A stretch of DNA of 64,000 nucleotides from a virus (taxonomy: Duplodnaviria > Caudoviricetes): the IMG/VR virus record IMGVR_UViG_3300021426_000067, one strand, 5' to 3'. A model generated the notes under the pieces. It was not told where the DNA came from, made no database searches, and saw nothing but the letters and a program-made list of their open reading frames with translations. The stretch's first letter is position 1. Every line of letters begins with the position of its first letter. The translations under genes and the position numbers were made by a program. Shown in pieces: positions 1 to 10,622 of this stretch.

Positions 1-180
1 ACGTTCACGTTCAGCTTTCAGCTTTTCCTTCTTCGTATTTCTACGAGCAGGCAAGCCTCCCTTTCGAGGTTTATATTTCTTACAAGTCTGACAGGCATCT
101 CGAAAGGTTCCCTTCTTTCCTTTTGAACACTCTCCTTCCCATCTGTAATATTCACAAGCAATTTCACGATTCGCCGCCAT
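1..180 (-). CDS. small Cys/Lys-rich hypothetical protein (runs off window start)
   Basis: ATG at 180 after AAGGAG RBS; open frame MAANREIACEYYRWEGECSKG... Confidence 0.6.
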   Translation of the reverse strand, partial: MAANREIACEYYRWEGECSKGKKGTFRDACQTCKKYKPRKGGLPARRNTKKEKLKAERER

Positions 181-194
181 TTTAACAATCTCCT

Positions 195-896
195 TTAATA
201 ATCATACCATCCGCTAAAATCAAGTAAAGCAGGACTTCCATCTTTCCTATATCCAAAGTTTCCACCATGAGTATCAGATAAAATTGTAGTATCAATCTCA
301 CAATAGTTAAAGAAATCTTCAACTCTTTTTCTACCATAATACTCGACGCAGTTTGCAAACCATTCAGAATCAAGCATTTCCGTATTTACTTCTAATGTTT
401 CTACAATTTCTTTTGTCTGCGGAGAAGTGGGATGTGTGTCTTCATCAAGATAAAAAGGTGTTACATATTCTTGAAGATAGAAACTATGATTATTTTCACT
501 TTTATATATCATAGTCTCCGCCACAAAACATTCAAGATCTTTTGAAATTAATTCTTCATACTTGCAACACTCCACCGCACAATAGTCATGATGAGTGGTA
601 TCTCCTGCTCCCTCAAAAGGATACCAAATAAGTTCACCAGTATCCATATCCATATGATACCAGCCATTGAAAGGAATCTTTAGAACAACATCGCCCATAT
701 CAGGGCAAAGAATTGCGCATTTAGACACTCCATTCAAAACTTCTGCGTCAAATCCATGTTCTTTTAATTCCTGCTGAATCCAATAGGCATCATCAAATGA
801 ATATTCATCATCTTCTTCAACCTGTCCGAACTCATCGCGGATTAAAGGTGAAATAATTTCAATAATTTTATTAACTACAGATTCATTAATAATCAT
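195..896 (-). CDS. divergent protein-kinase-like fold protein
   Basis: 233 aa; GVSK-like loop, VVLKIP lysine, DTHGGNFG catalytic-loop-like and LLDFSG DFG-like motifs; own promoter near 930-958. Confidence 0.6.
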   Translation of the reverse strand: MIINESVVNKIIEIISPLIRDEFGQVEEDDEYSFDDAYWIQQELKEHGFDAEVLNGVSKCAILCPDMGDVVLKIPFNGWYHMDMDTGELIWYPFEGAGDTTHHDYCAVECCKYEELISKDLECFVAETMIYKSENNHSFYLQEYVTPFYLDEDTHPTSPQTKEIVETLEVNTEMLDSEWFANCVEYYGRKRVEDFFNYCEIDTTILSDTHGGNFGYRKDGSPALLDFSGWYDY

Positions 897-989
897 TTAT
901 TAAATACCTCTTTTTTATTTTATATATATATTATATAATATTTTTATAAAAAAGTCAATAGGGGATTTTTGAATCCCCTATTAGGGTTT

Positions 990-1874
990 TTAGTCAATGA
1001 CTTTTATGATACATCTGTTGAGATAAGTGTTTTTTATACCCATGTACTCTTCAAACTTCTTGATAGTGCCAGTCAGATCTACAGTATCTCCTGCTGCAAC
1101 ATCAAGAGACTTAGGAGTCATCCAAATGAATACATAGTTTTCAGAAGTAAAGGTATAAACAAAAGTATAGCCATAAGCGCCCTCAAAACCGCGGATTTTG
1201 GATACTTTTGCAGTAATATTGCGGATCCGCTCTTTCTCAACTCCAGGATAGAACTGAGAAGTGGAAGGTCCCTTTAGTTCTGCGATTCGCTTATTGACAA
1301 TTTCTTTTGCATTTTCTTTGTAAATCGCCCACTTAGAGGAAGGATGATAATCATAGACTTCATCAAAGCTCATTTCACAAAGATTATAACCTGCGGGAAG
1401 TTCGACTTTATTGGGGAAGAACCACATCAGAACAGGATCAAATCTTGCACCCAGCTTCTTCAGCTCATCCTTAATAGCATAGGTGTCGTCACCATATACC
1501 AGATAAGCCTTTTCATCTTCGCCAAATCCCATCTTCAGCGCCAGTTCGTGCTTATACTTTGCGGCATTGTCAATCAGATCTTGTTCCTTAGCTTCCTTTT
1601 CTGCGGCTTTCTTTGCGCGTGCCCGCTCATTAGCTTTTACCATGCGATTGTATTCTTTTTCATTATATGCGCGGACAGTAATAATATTGGTACCAGATCC
1701 CATACAGCCATAGCACATGGTTCCGTCCATTTCATTATAGGCATAGTGCCCGCTCCCGCCGCATCTCTTACAAGGAATTTTAATCTTTACGCACATTTTG
1801 CCTTTTTCATTTTCAAAAGGCTCTTTAACAACTTCCGCATCTTTATAAGAATCAGCTACAAAATATTTTTCCAT
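990..1874 (-). CDS. Zn-finger (CxxCxGxG x2) protein with C-terminal OB-fold-like domain
   Basis: CKRCGGSG and CYGCMGSG motifs; C-terminal DLTGTIKKFEEY..TYLNRC resembles OB-fold. Confidence 0.55.
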   Translation of the reverse strand: MEKYFVADSYKDAEVVKEPFENEKGKMCVKIKIPCKRCGGSGHYAYNEMDGTMCYGCMGSGTNIITVRAYNEKEYNRMVKANERARAKKAAEKEAKEQDLIDNAAKYKHELALKMGFGEDEKAYLVYGDDTYAIKDELKKLGARFDPVLMWFFPNKVELPAGYNLCEMSFDEVYDYHPSSKWAIYKENAKEIVNKRIAELKGPSTSQFYPGVEKERIRNITAKVSKIRGFEGAYGYTFVYTFTSENYVFIWMTPKSLDVAAGDTVDLTGTIKKFEEYMGIKNTYLNRCIIKVID

Positions 1875-1993
1875 TTCTCATCACTCCTTTTCCTTATCTT
1901 ATATATATTATATCAAAAATTTTAAAAAAAATAAAGCTGCGGATGCAGCTTTACTCAATATGAATGTTTAGTTGGTATGCGGGGAATTATATT

Positions 1994-2467
1994 CTATTCC
2001 TCTTCTTGTTTTAAGAGTCTTAGCATTTCCGCCTGATTTTCTTTTTCAAAATTTACTATTTCTTCTTGTACACTTTTTAATAATAGAGCAGTATTTTCCC
2101 GTTTCTCCATTTCTTTTTCCATAACTGCCCATTTTTTTCTAAGTCTTTTATATTTTAAAACATCTAAATAAGTTTTAAATTCAATACAAACAGGACTATA
2201 ATAATCATGGTCGTTACCACTCCAAGAATAAGAATACTCACAAAGATACTCATATTTTTTTGTATAAAATCTAACATAAGTATCATAGAGCGCCCAACGT
2301 TCTTTGGGTGTTACTTTATACCATTTAACAAAAGCATCATAAGAAATTCTTGGAGCGGTTTCACAAATACCTGCTTTCCAAAATATTACTGTTGTAATAA
2401 ATGAAATTATACCGCAAAGTATTAGACCTCCAATAATAACAATAATAATAAATAATATTGTTCCCAT
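1994..2467 (-). CDS. hypothetical membrane-anchored protein (may extend past TAG to TAA near 1967)
   Basis: 157 aa, N-terminal hydrophobic helix. Confidence 0.6.
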   Translation of the reverse strand: MGTILFIIIVIIGGLILCGIISFITTVIFWKAGICETAPRISYDAFVKWYKVTPKERWALYDTYVRFYTKKYEYLCEYSYSWSGNDHDYYSPVCIEFKTYLDVLKYKRLRKKWAVMEKEMEKRENTALLLKSVQEEIVNFEKENQAEMLRLLKQEEE

Positions 2468-2472
2468 TTTTA

Positions 2473-2763
2473 TTATTTGTCCTCCGCCTTTTCAATAATA
2501 ATGACTTGTCCTTCAAAAACACCCCATTCAGAGTCTGCATAAAACATATGCGTTTCTGGCTTTTCGTCCTCTCTAAAAGGTCTGGTAAGAATCCATAAAG
2601 TAGTATCATCTTTCCAAGTAATTTCTTCTAACTTTTGACCTGGTTCAAGTTCTATAGTCATTTCTCCGCCAAAATTTTTAGTTGTTTCATGGCAACCATT
2701 TAAAGTTGATGCGGCTATAAACAATAGTAAAGAAATAGAAATAACTGTAATTACTTTTTTCAT
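2473..2763 (-). CDS. putative lipoprotein
   Basis: MKKVITVISISLLLFIAASTLNGC signal peptide with lipobox-like Cys. Confidence 0.6.
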   Translation of the reverse strand: MKKVITVISISLLLFIAASTLNGCHETTKNFGGEMTIELEPGQKLEEITWKDDTTLWILTRPFREDEKPETHMFYADSEWGVFEGQVIIIEKAEDK

Positions 2764-2948
2764 TAGTTCTCTATTTTCCTCCAAATACATACAATATCAT
2801 CTAAGGGCATATAAAGTGGTTTATTATCTTTAATGCCAGTAATTTTATAATCCATAATTTTTCCTGTTATACTATTAGTAGTCAATTCAAAAGATTCGCA
2901 CTCAATAGGTAATTCAAATCCATCTTTAAAGCGAAAAACAATAGTCAT
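2763..2948 (-). CDS. hypothetical protein
   Basis: GAGGT RBS before MTIVFRFKDG. Confidence 0.55.
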   Translation of the reverse strand: MTIVFRFKDGFELPIECESFELTTNSITGKIMDYKITGIKDNKPLYMPLDDIVCIWRKIEN

Positions 2949-3099
2949 TTTGTTTACCTCTCTGTTATTAATATTAAAACTATAAAACTGATAAGAAGAA
3001 ATATATAATGTCTCAACGTTGTACCAAATGAAGCACCATTCATCATATCTTCTATTAAGCGCCATGTCCACCAGATTATTGCTAATATAAAAAATATTC

Positions 3100-3399
3100 T
3101 CATTTTAGTTTACTCTCCCGATACGGTTCTGGTTTAGGCATCCACGCTTTTACATAATTACGCCAATATTTATAATTTCTTTCATTATCATGAAATGCTA
3201 ATCTTGCAACTCTGCCATAATAATCTGTTATTGTGTATACAGCTGATTTATCTGGCAGTCTCTCTGCAACGGGTATCCATTGCTGTCTTTTCAATGCTTC
3301 AATTGCCATACTTATAGCTTCATTTTTCTTTTTAGCAGTTTTAAAATTATTAACACTGTAACATTGTGTAAGTTCATTAATTGCTTCGTCAATTGTCAT
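3100..3399 (-). CDS. DUF551-like phage protein
   Basis: WIPVAERLP...VKAWMPKPEPY motifs. Confidence 0.65.
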   Translation of the reverse strand: MTIDEAINELTQCYSVNNFKTAKKKNEAISMAIEALKRQQWIPVAERLPDKSAVYTITDYYGRVARLAFHDNERNYKYWRNYVKAWMPKPEPYRESKLK

Positions 3400-3580
3400 T
3401 CTGCTCGCCACCTTCCCGATAAGCCTCAAACCAGTCTACCAGTTTTTCTGCACACTTGTCGCAAAACATCCTATCCCTTTTGAAAAAATGCTGCGGCTCT
3501 TCTTCTACTATAATTTCAACACTATTTCTAAATTGTTTTTCCTGTATCTTTCCGCATCTATCACATCTATATAAAATCAT
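3389..3580 (-). CDS. small Zn-finger protein
   Basis: CDRCGK...FCDKC. Confidence 0.6.
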   Translation of the reverse strand: MILYRCDRCGKIQEKQFRNSVEIIVEEEPQHFFKRDRMFCDKCAEKLVDWFEAYREGGEQNDN

Positions 3581-3999
3581 TCCTGTTCTCCTCTTATATC
3601 TTCTACCCACGTTTTGATATACCCATCTCTTGGAAGTATCACAACTGTTTTAAACATAGTCGACCAACCACAGATTTCTCTAAGCCACACATCCCAATTA
3701 TTCATTATATTATCTATAAAATCTTGGTCATTTCCTCTTTGGATATACCGCTTTCTATATATGGCTTTGTCAGCTAATGGTGGTACTATAACAGTATATT
3801 TTGCTTTTATTTCCTCAAGTGCTCCAAGCATTTCTCCATGTGTTGATACCATCACCGTGTATCCATTGTCACTCATATGCTTTGCAACCTCTGCATATAA
3901 AAGCCAATTCTGCTTAAATGGCGTACTCTCTAAGTCCACCCAATTACTAATCTTTGCCATTGTCGTTTTTCCCACTCCAGGGAATCCACATATAATCAT
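3577..3999 (-). CDS. P-loop NTPase / nucleotide-kinase-like protein
   Basis: N-terminal Walker A GFPGVGKT. Confidence 0.7.
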   Translation of the reverse strand: MIICGFPGVGKTTMAKISNWVDLESTPFKQNWLLYAEVAKHMSDNGYTVMVSTHGEMLGALEEIKAKYTVIVPPLADKAIYRKRYIQRGNDQDFIDNIMNNWDVWLREICGWSTMFKTVVILPRDGYIKTWVEDIRGEQE

Positions 4000-4484
4000 T
4001 CTTCTTCACTCCTTAATACGACCGCCTCTTTACACATTTCAACTGTATTTCTTACAGCTTTCAATAGTATATCTTCACTGATCTCTAAATCTCTGACTTC
4101 TCCGCTTCTTGCCATTCCTGCGCAGACGCAGTCGCAAATCATTTCAATTACATCAATAAGATTTACATCATCAGGGCATCTCATCAATAGATGATGTCTT
4201 TCAAGTGCGTAGTGGTCTTTATTCCATTGTCCGTCTTCAAATTTGATTCTGCCTTCAATAGTGTTGCAAAGATCGCGGTAGAAATTACTTTTGTATGGTT
4301 CATATTTTTTTGTCCAATCGTGATCTCTTCCTACCTCTTTAATCATATCCGCAATTGCTATCATCATACTTTTTACATCTTCAGCATGAAGAGTGTTTGC
4401 ATCTGAAAACTCAGAAAAAGTAGGTATTTTTTCTGCTACTCTGGTATCACCATTTGTATTTCTTTTAATAATTACTTTGTTCAT
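3996..4484 (-). CDS. HD-like (DUF5662-type) phosphohydrolase candidate
   Basis: HDWTK, ERHH and DVIEMICD motifs. Confidence 0.55.
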   Translation of the reverse strand: MNKVIIKRNTNGDTRVAEKIPTFSEFSDANTLHAEDVKSMMIAIADMIKEVGRDHDWTKKYEPYKSNFYRDLCNTIEGRIKFEDGQWNKDHYALERHHLLMRCPDDVNLIDVIEMICDCVCAGMARSGEVRDLEISEDILLKAVRNTVEMCKEAVVLRSEEE

Positions 4485-4505
4485 TAAATGTCCTCTCTCC
4501 TTTTC

Positions 4506-4715
4506 TTATTGTGCAAGTTCTCTTATCGCGAATAGTCTGCCATCAATTCGGAATCTGATTTCTCTTCCTTCATATCCTGCTTTGAATATTTCTTCTTTCG
4601 TCACAGGCATCCACCGCTGTGTTTCTAACGCGTCAATTGCCATTTCTAATGATTTTCCACCAACGACAGGTTTGATATTGTCTTTTATATCTTTGATCGC
4701 TTCATCAATCGTCAT
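4506..4715 (-). CDS. hypothetical phage protein
   Basis: 69 aa, GAGGTG RBS; MTIDEAI N-terminus shared with 3100-3399. Confidence 0.55.
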   Translation of the reverse strand: MTIDEAIKDIKDNIKPVVGGKSLEMAIDALETQRWMPVTKEEIFKAGYEGREIRFRIDGRLFAIRELAQ

Positions 4716-4868
4716 TATTGTTCACCTCTCATATCTGCATCTGTTTCCCCTGAATATTGCACCTTCCCATACCCATTCATGGTAGATACAGTCAGGGCAA
4801 TAATAATGATTTCTCTTGCACATAATTCTTCGTTTTATAGCCTTAATCAGTTTCCGAATCATTCTGCT

Positions 4869-5159
4869 TCACCCCTCACCTCTCAATTTTCGTCCGCAGT
4901 TCGGGCAGAAATTTGGTGTCTCCTCCAAAAACATATATCCTGTTCCTGCATTTACATAATCGCTAAACGACTTTCCACATTTATTACATTTTATCCCCAA
5001 CTCAGAATCATCTGGTATCCAGTGTCCTGTCTTCCGTTCTGGCTGTGCGGACGGCAAATTCTTAATTGTGTCCTTTGCGATAATTGCGTTTGTCGGAACA
5101 CGTTTAAATCTTTCCATGAGCGCATCAATCGCAGCTTGCTGTGAAATCAGTTTGTCCAT
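4869..5159 (-). CDS. Zn-ribbon phage protein
   Basis: LPSAQPERKTGHW...CNKC...FCPNCG. Confidence 0.65.
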   Translation of the reverse strand: MDKLISQQAAIDALMERFKRVPTNAIIAKDTIKNLPSAQPERKTGHWIPDDSELGIKCNKCGKSFSDYVNAGTGYMFLEETPNFCPNCGRKLRGEG

Positions 5160-5360
5160 AGCTTTTCACCTTCCTCTCTGCACTAATTACTTTCATTCTA
5201 TTCACCATCTTTCTTTTTTTGCTTCATTTCCTGATATTCGTTACCAGATTTCCACCCTGCGCCAAATGCCGTATCCCATTTATCATCAAAATAAACAATT
5301 ATTATTATTAATCCCATAAGACCACAGCCGAATATCAATCCTACAATCAGAGACAATAAA

Positions 5361-5702
5361 TCAAAAGTTATTTGCATCTTGTTTACCTCTCATTTTTGCA
5401 CCGCAACAATTACAGAAATTTATATGACCAATTCTATTGTCTTTTCTGATACCACCACATTTAGAACAAACTATTGATCCAACAGCATCTTTCGTCCAGT
5501 AAGCGGTTCTGAACTCTGATTGTGCGGATGATAGTTCGTTAATAATTTTTAATATATTATAATTATGTTTCTCAATAGCGTCCAAATGATTTGTATATTC
5601 ATAATGTTCTTTTATACTTTTTGGTACCGGCACTTTATCAACTTGCGCTTTCCAGTAATCTTTTATAGCTTGTTCAACCTTATCGGCTTCAATTAATTTC
5701 AT
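5361..5702 (-). CDS. Zn-ribbon phage protein
   Basis: CSKC...FCNCCGAKM. Confidence 0.6.
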   Translation of the reverse strand: MKLIEADKVEQAIKDYWKAQVDKVPVPKSIKEHYEYTNHLDAIEKHNYNILKIINELSSAQSEFRTAYWTKDAVGSIVCSKCGGIRKDNRIGHINFCNCCGAKMRGKQDANNF

Positions 5703-5710
5703 TTATATTC

Positions 5711-5938
5711 TCACCTCTCACATGGCGGAAATAAATCATATCTTCCGAGTTGTCTAAGCGTTTCTAAACTCATCGCTGTTACATCTTCTCCATTGAATCC
5801 ACATAAATGAATTGCTGTTGTAATTGCGTTCCACAGCTCTAAATCTCGTTTTTCTTTTTCATTTTTTGGAAAAATCGGTTTAACAGGCTGGATATTAAAT
5901 ATCACTCTTTCCGCCTGTTTGTTAATTAAATCATCCAT
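5711..5938 (-). CDS. hypothetical protein
   Basis: 75 aa ORF in co-oriented cluster. Confidence 0.5.
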   Translation of the reverse strand: MDDLINKQAERVIFNIQPVKPIFPKNEKEKRDLELWNAITTAIHLCGFNGEDVTAMSLETLRQLGRYDLFPPCER

Positions 5939-5956
5939 TATTCTTTCCTTTTCATC

Positions 5957-6145
5957 TTAAAAATATATATGTTTTTCAAACCATTTATCAATAGCGCGCC
6001 AGATATGTAACAATGCAATATATCCATAGCAGCCGGCCCATAAGACCCATATAGGGGCGGTAGCCGCCACCCAGGATATATCTATTTCTCCGCAGAGCTT
6101 TAATACTATAAGGACGCACGCCAGTATATAACAGATTCTTTCCAT
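5957..6145 (-). CDS. small membrane protein
   Basis: hydrophobic; LKLCGEIDISWV..APIW. Confidence 0.6.
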   Translation of the reverse strand: MERICYILACVLIVLKLCGEIDISWVAATAPIWVLWAGCYGYIALLHIWRAIDKWFEKHIYF

Positions 6146-6350
6146 TATGTATACTCCTTATTCTTCTACTAATGAATATTCATCATGCCAATTAACATGT
6201 AAAATATCCCCTATTCTACTGATTGAGAAATTCTCTTCCAATTCCGCCCAATTTATAAAATGGCTAAGAACTGAGACTTCTTCATCAGAAAGTTCAACCA
6301 TTATATTATCATCAAAACGTCTATCTCGAATTAAATATTTTTCCATATTT

Positions 6351-6644
6351 TTACCTCCACATATCAAACTGCGCGGCCTCGATCTCCCAAATAGCAATTT
6401 CATCATATGGATTATGCGGGAACCACTCTTCTTTAGCTTCTAACATCATATCATATGTTGCACCAGGGAACCAGTCTTTACCTGTTAAAGCACATGCCGC
6501 AAGAATCTCAGGATCCGCAACATCAGTATGCTCATACCAAGTCATAACACGACGATAGATGCTATCAGTATCATTCATAATATGATTTGCCTCAAGTAGA
6601 TTAACCGCCATCTTTACTGCTATTTCTACTGTTGTGTACATCAT
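6351..6644 (-). CDS. hypothetical protein
   Basis: 97 aa, AGGAG RBS. Confidence 0.55.
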   Translation of the reverse strand: MMYTTVEIAVKMAVNLLEANHIMNDTDSIYRRVMTWYEHTDVADPEILAACALTGKDWFPGATYDMMLEAKEEWFPHNPYDEIAIWEIEAAQFDMWR

Positions 6645-6655
6645 ACTTAACTCCT

Positions 6656-7414
6656 TTATAAGGTAATAATTGCTTCCTCATAGAGGTCATAAACATATTC
6701 ATCATTTAACATAAATTGAGTTTTATTATCAATAGAATGATAAAACCGCAACGCATGAAAATGACCCCAGAACCATGTTTCATATTGAATGTTATATTCA
6801 ATATGTCCTAACCAATGCTCCATAGTATTATCAACAAGAGTTTGATCGATTTGCGGCAGGAACAGGTCAGTAGGCATAAAAAGAAATGGGCATGTGTGAG
6901 AAAGAACTAAGTTCCAGTCCTGAGATTCTGCAAGGCTGGTCCCCGCATCCATTTCTTCTTTTGTTAATTGTTCATGCTCAAACCACATTCCATGACCAGC
7001 TAACCGCCAATACTTATCAACGCTATATGCGCCTGGTAAAACAAGAGTATCAAGAACCCCATCTGTTGCGGGAACCTGATATTTTGCGGGGTGATCTAAT
7101 GCGTATTTAATGTAAGGAAATTCATTTTCCACATAAACCGTATTACCCCAGAAAATCTCTGTATGCCAATCTGCGGGATTCCGCTCCGCGCATAAACTGG
7201 GCCGCTCTTCATGGTTGCCCCGAATTGCAAAATAAGTTAGGTTATAATAGCCTAATTTCCTTTTAAATTTTTTATCTTTTATATCTAAGAAATAGTTTGC
7301 ACCAAAATCGCCTAAACATATAACAGTTGCAGGCTCATGGTTGGTTATATGAGAAAGTTTCTTAAAAGGTTTTGCACTTCCATGCACATCACCAATTAGA
7401 TAAATCTTTTCCAT
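6656..7414 (-). CDS. calcineurin-like metallophosphoesterase
   Basis: GDVHG, CLGD, RGNHE, SHTCP, GHFH motifs. Confidence 0.85.
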   Translation of the reverse strand: MEKIYLIGDVHGSAKPFKKLSHITNHEPATVICLGDFGANYFLDIKDKKFKRKLGYYNLTYFAIRGNHEERPSLCAERNPADWHTEIFWGNTVYVENEFPYIKYALDHPAKYQVPATDGVLDTLVLPGAYSVDKYWRLAGHGMWFEHEQLTKEEMDAGTSLAESQDWNLVLSHTCPFLFMPTDLFLPQIDQTLVDNTMEHWLGHIEYNIQYETWFWGHFHALRFYHSIDNKTQFMLNDEYVYDLYEEAIITL

Positions 7415-7549
7415 AAAAACACCTCATTTCTTTTTCATTATAGATATATTATATAATAAATTTTTTTAAAAGTCAATAGGAAGATGATGAGAGGCGGTGA
7501 TGCCTTGAAAAACTAAAAAAAATATTTTATAATTAAAACAAGAGAAGAG

Positions 7550-7906
7550 GTGATAGAATTGACAGTAATTTGCGGACGGACATATTGTCCTTATTTTGAT
7601 AAAAACAGTCCTTATGAGGGCGGTTGGGGATATTGTGGAAGAGGAGTAATAAAAGTTGATCAAAGTGGTGTTTGTGCTGGTGTCAATGAAGTACATCATT
7701 GGAATGGGCGGAAAATTTATAAAAACCGTACCGTTTTTATTGACACAGAAGAAATGCCAGAGACAATAGAAGAAAATAGAAAGGAGGATGCGGGAAGCCG
7801 TCCTGAGGATCTCATTGACGGGCCCGCCGCATATGAACAGGTAGCAGAGAAGAAAATTTTATAGAAAAGCGGGTAGGAAGAAAGCACTGAAAACCGCGAC
7901 AGATGA
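7550..7906 (+). CDS. hypothetical Cys-rich protein, two in-frame TAG near C-terminus
   Basis: GTG start; reading through TAG 7862 and 7874 reaches TGA 7904-7906. Confidence 0.5.
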
Positions 7907-8044
7907 AACATTTAAAAATTTACAAGATTTGTTTGAAAAATCTTGGGAGCGAACAAATACCTTTGAGTAGGAAGAAAGTCTTAAATTAGAGGAAGATGGA
8001 AAGGTTGGGAATATTATTTTTGGAAAAGGAGGCCCGCAAAAATC

Positions 8045-8812
8045 TTGAATGATATAAGATAGTTAATGACTGCTAAAGAAGTTTGTTAGATGTTTGGTTG
8101 CTCAGAGGCCAGTCTCCGCACGAACTTTAACAGGACCGCCGCATCTATAAAAAGAAAATATGATGTTGATATTTTTAGATTAGAAAAAGGTAAAGAAAAA
8201 TATTATCAGATTTTTGAAGATAAGACAAAAAGAGCTTTAACTATATATAATGAAGAAAATAATATTCCTATTACATTAGAAAGTTTGGGGTATGAAGCAT
8301 ATTAGTTTTATATTTTTTTAGCACTTGCCGCATCATAGCAAGGTGTTTATAGAGGTAGTTAGATTGATCTCTTGAAATATATAGGGGTATAGAAACCGCA
8401 GAAAAGACATATAGATAATTTAAAGAAAGCTATTAATTCTTTAGTTTAGAAAAAATGTGTTGTGATACATGAAGATTAGGATTATATTATTCTTTATTTG
8501 AAGAGGGGAATTGAATCTAAGTATTTAGTTAAGATTAATATGTTAAAGGAATGTCAGAAAATTGCAAATGAAAATCATAAGCAATTTACTAAGATCCCGC
8601 AATTCATACAAGTATGGGAGGCGGTAAGAATTTGCGCCGAAAAACAACCTTTTACTTATGCGGATTTAGCTAAATTAACTGGGTTAAGTTATAAACAGAT
8701 AAGAGATGTTAGAAGATTATTAGAAAGTAATGATGCGTTTAAAACAAGTAGAGCTGGTTCATATTTTTTAAATATGGGGTCTAATGTAGAATTAAATGGA
8801 TTTTTTGAATAA
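8045..8812 (+). CDS. putative DNA-binding / replication-related protein with 8 in-frame TAG
   Basis: AAGGAGG RBS, TTG start; ORFs 8090-8305 and 8498-8812 share one frame broken only by TAG; HTH-like segments (TAKEVC.MFGCSEASL; TYADLAKLTGLSYKQIR). Confidence 0.65.
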
Positions 8813-8849
8813 AATTATTAAAGTAAGAGTTTTTCGTATGATAAATTTA

Positions 8850-8954
8850 CCAAAATTTAATTGTGCGACAACTTTTGGCAACTTTGGTAAAGATAATAAT
8901 ATATATATATCTTAACCAAAATTGCACAATCCTGTCGCACAATTAAAATTTTGG
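8850..8954. repeat. ~105 bp imperfect palindrome centred on an (AT)n tract
   Basis: CCAAAATTTAATTGTGCGACA...TGTCGCACAATTAAAATTTTGG with inner TTTGGTAAAGATA/TATCTTAACCAAA arms. Confidence 0.75.
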
Positions 8955-9312
8955 GAAAAATATTAAGATTTTAATATTTGCAACTATTTTTGGAAGTTTT
9001 GGTAAGGTTATAGTAAATATTAGAGAGTAAATTTTTATCTGGATGGGCTTCGCCCATCCAGATGGGACGATTTGGCCGTAGAGGGCGGTCAGGGGTCGGA
9101 TGATAGAAAAAACGGAGAGGTCGTTTCAAAAAATGAAATGAAAAAAATAAGGGGATGGGTGTATGGTAGTGATGATGAGGTTGTTTTGAAGGATTAAGGG
9201 GGATAAATTGGATTCCCAAGAAAGAGGGCAAAAAATGAAATGAAAAATTGGGGGATCGTCAACCCGTCGCATGTTTTAGAAAAATGGTTTTAAAATTTGA
9301 AAGGAAAATTTT

Positions 9313-9534
9313 ATGCAGTTTTTACAAGCTAAAGTTAAAGATAATAAGTTAGGAGTAGAGGATACTTATCCTATTGCTATTGATTCTGTTGAGTTTTTTA
9401 AGGGTAGTATAGTTATATATGTGACTCAGAGAAATGGAGTTAAGACTTGGGTTAGTTATGATAGTTTAGAGAAGTTGTTTAATGAATTTGATGTAGTAGA
9501 TTATGGAGATTTTAAGGAGATATGGTATTTATGA
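9313..9534 (+). CDS. hypothetical protein
   Basis: 73 aa, AAGGA RBS. Confidence 0.55.
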   Translation: MQFLQAKVKDNKLGVEDTYPIAIDSVEFFKGSIVIYVTQRNGVKTWVSYDSLEKLFNEFDVVDYGDFKEIWYL

Positions 9535-9692
9535 TGGATATATTAAAAGTAGTTGGTGGATTGTTGGGACCGTGGGTTCCGCTCTTAGTTTATGTCTATT
9601 GGAGTGAGAGAGTATGATGTTTTTAGGTTTTATTTGGGGTTTTGTAATAGGAATATTAATAGGGTTTATGATAATTATTTAATGGAGGGAAT

Positions 9693-9947
9693 ATGGTATA
9701 CGTTATTACATTTTTAGTGTTAGTATTTTTTAGTATCTTTTGCGGATGGGTTGTTGCTGCGATGATAGATGAAGAGGAAGCGCGTGAATTAGATGAGAAA
9801 GAGGAAGATAAAAGTTTAGAAGTTCAGATTTCTGAATTGAGAGAAGAGATATAGAATTTAAAGAAAGTTAATGAAGAGTTGCGGGAAGCTATGAAAATTA
9901 GATTAATGAGAGAATTAACAGGAGTAGTAGAAAAATGGAAGAATTAA
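9693..9947 (+). CDS. small membrane-anchored coiled-coil protein, one in-frame TAG
   Basis: GGAGG RBS, N-terminal TM helix, frame open to TAA if TAG is read. Confidence 0.55.
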
Positions 9948-10132
9948 TTGTAGGAATTTGTTTATTTTTAGCTATTGTATATGCTATTGCGGGGATTGGT
10001 GTTATAATAGATGACATGAATTTTAATAAACAAAAAGAGAAAGCAAAAGAACTTTATCTATTAAAATAGAGAATAAAAAAAGAAGTGTTAGAAGAATTAA
10101 TAGAAGAGTTATTTGGGTCATAGACCTTGTAA
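9935..10132 (+). CDS. small membrane-anchored protein, two in-frame TAG
   Basis: AGGAG RBS; MEELIVGICLFLAIVYAIAGIG; ends TAA 10130. Confidence 0.5.
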
Positions 10133-10228
10133 ATTTTCTATTGTTTATTATTAATCATCTGAGTGGGTACCGCAGGACCAGACCCTGTAACACTCATCGC
10201 TTACGACAGACGATCGTTCACGACAAAT

Positions 10229-10250
10229 AGCCTGGGTTTCCCCAGGCTAC
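10229..10250. terminator. hairpin between convergent gene blocks
   Basis: TAGCCTGGG-TTT-CCCAGGCTA. Confidence 0.55.
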
Positions 10251-10274
10251 ACATATTTTATTTAGTAAGTGAAA

Positions 10275-10622
10275 TCAGATCAGTGACTGAAACCAACGAT
10301 GAAGAATGTCCTCATCTGTTAAAGATTTCTTAGCTTTTACTGTAGTTCTACTGTCTTTCTCAAATGTTTTATACATATTTTCTATAAGCTCACGAGTTGC
10401 CTTATCCATAGGATCGGCGCCATAGGCTTTCTGGCAATAGTCGTCAAGAGCATTAATAAGTTTCTCTCTCAGCTGAACCACGCGGATTTCATCTACTTTA
10501 GCTTTTGCGGCAGCGGCCTCCTCAGCCTTTTTCTTTTCGATGGCTTCTTTCAGCTGTTTCTCAAAGTCTCGTTTCATTTCTTCTGGGGTTGCCCCAGCTT
10601 TCAGTGCTTCATAAATATCCAT
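10275..10622 (-). CDS. hypothetical helical protein
   Basis: 115 aa with upstream TATAAT promoter. Confidence 0.6.
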   Translation of the reverse strand: MDIYEALKAGATPEEMKRDFEKQLKEAIEKKKAEEAAAAKAKVDEIRVVQLREKLINALDDYCQKAYGADPMDKATRELIENMYKTFEKDSRTTVKAKKSLTDEDILHRWFQSLI

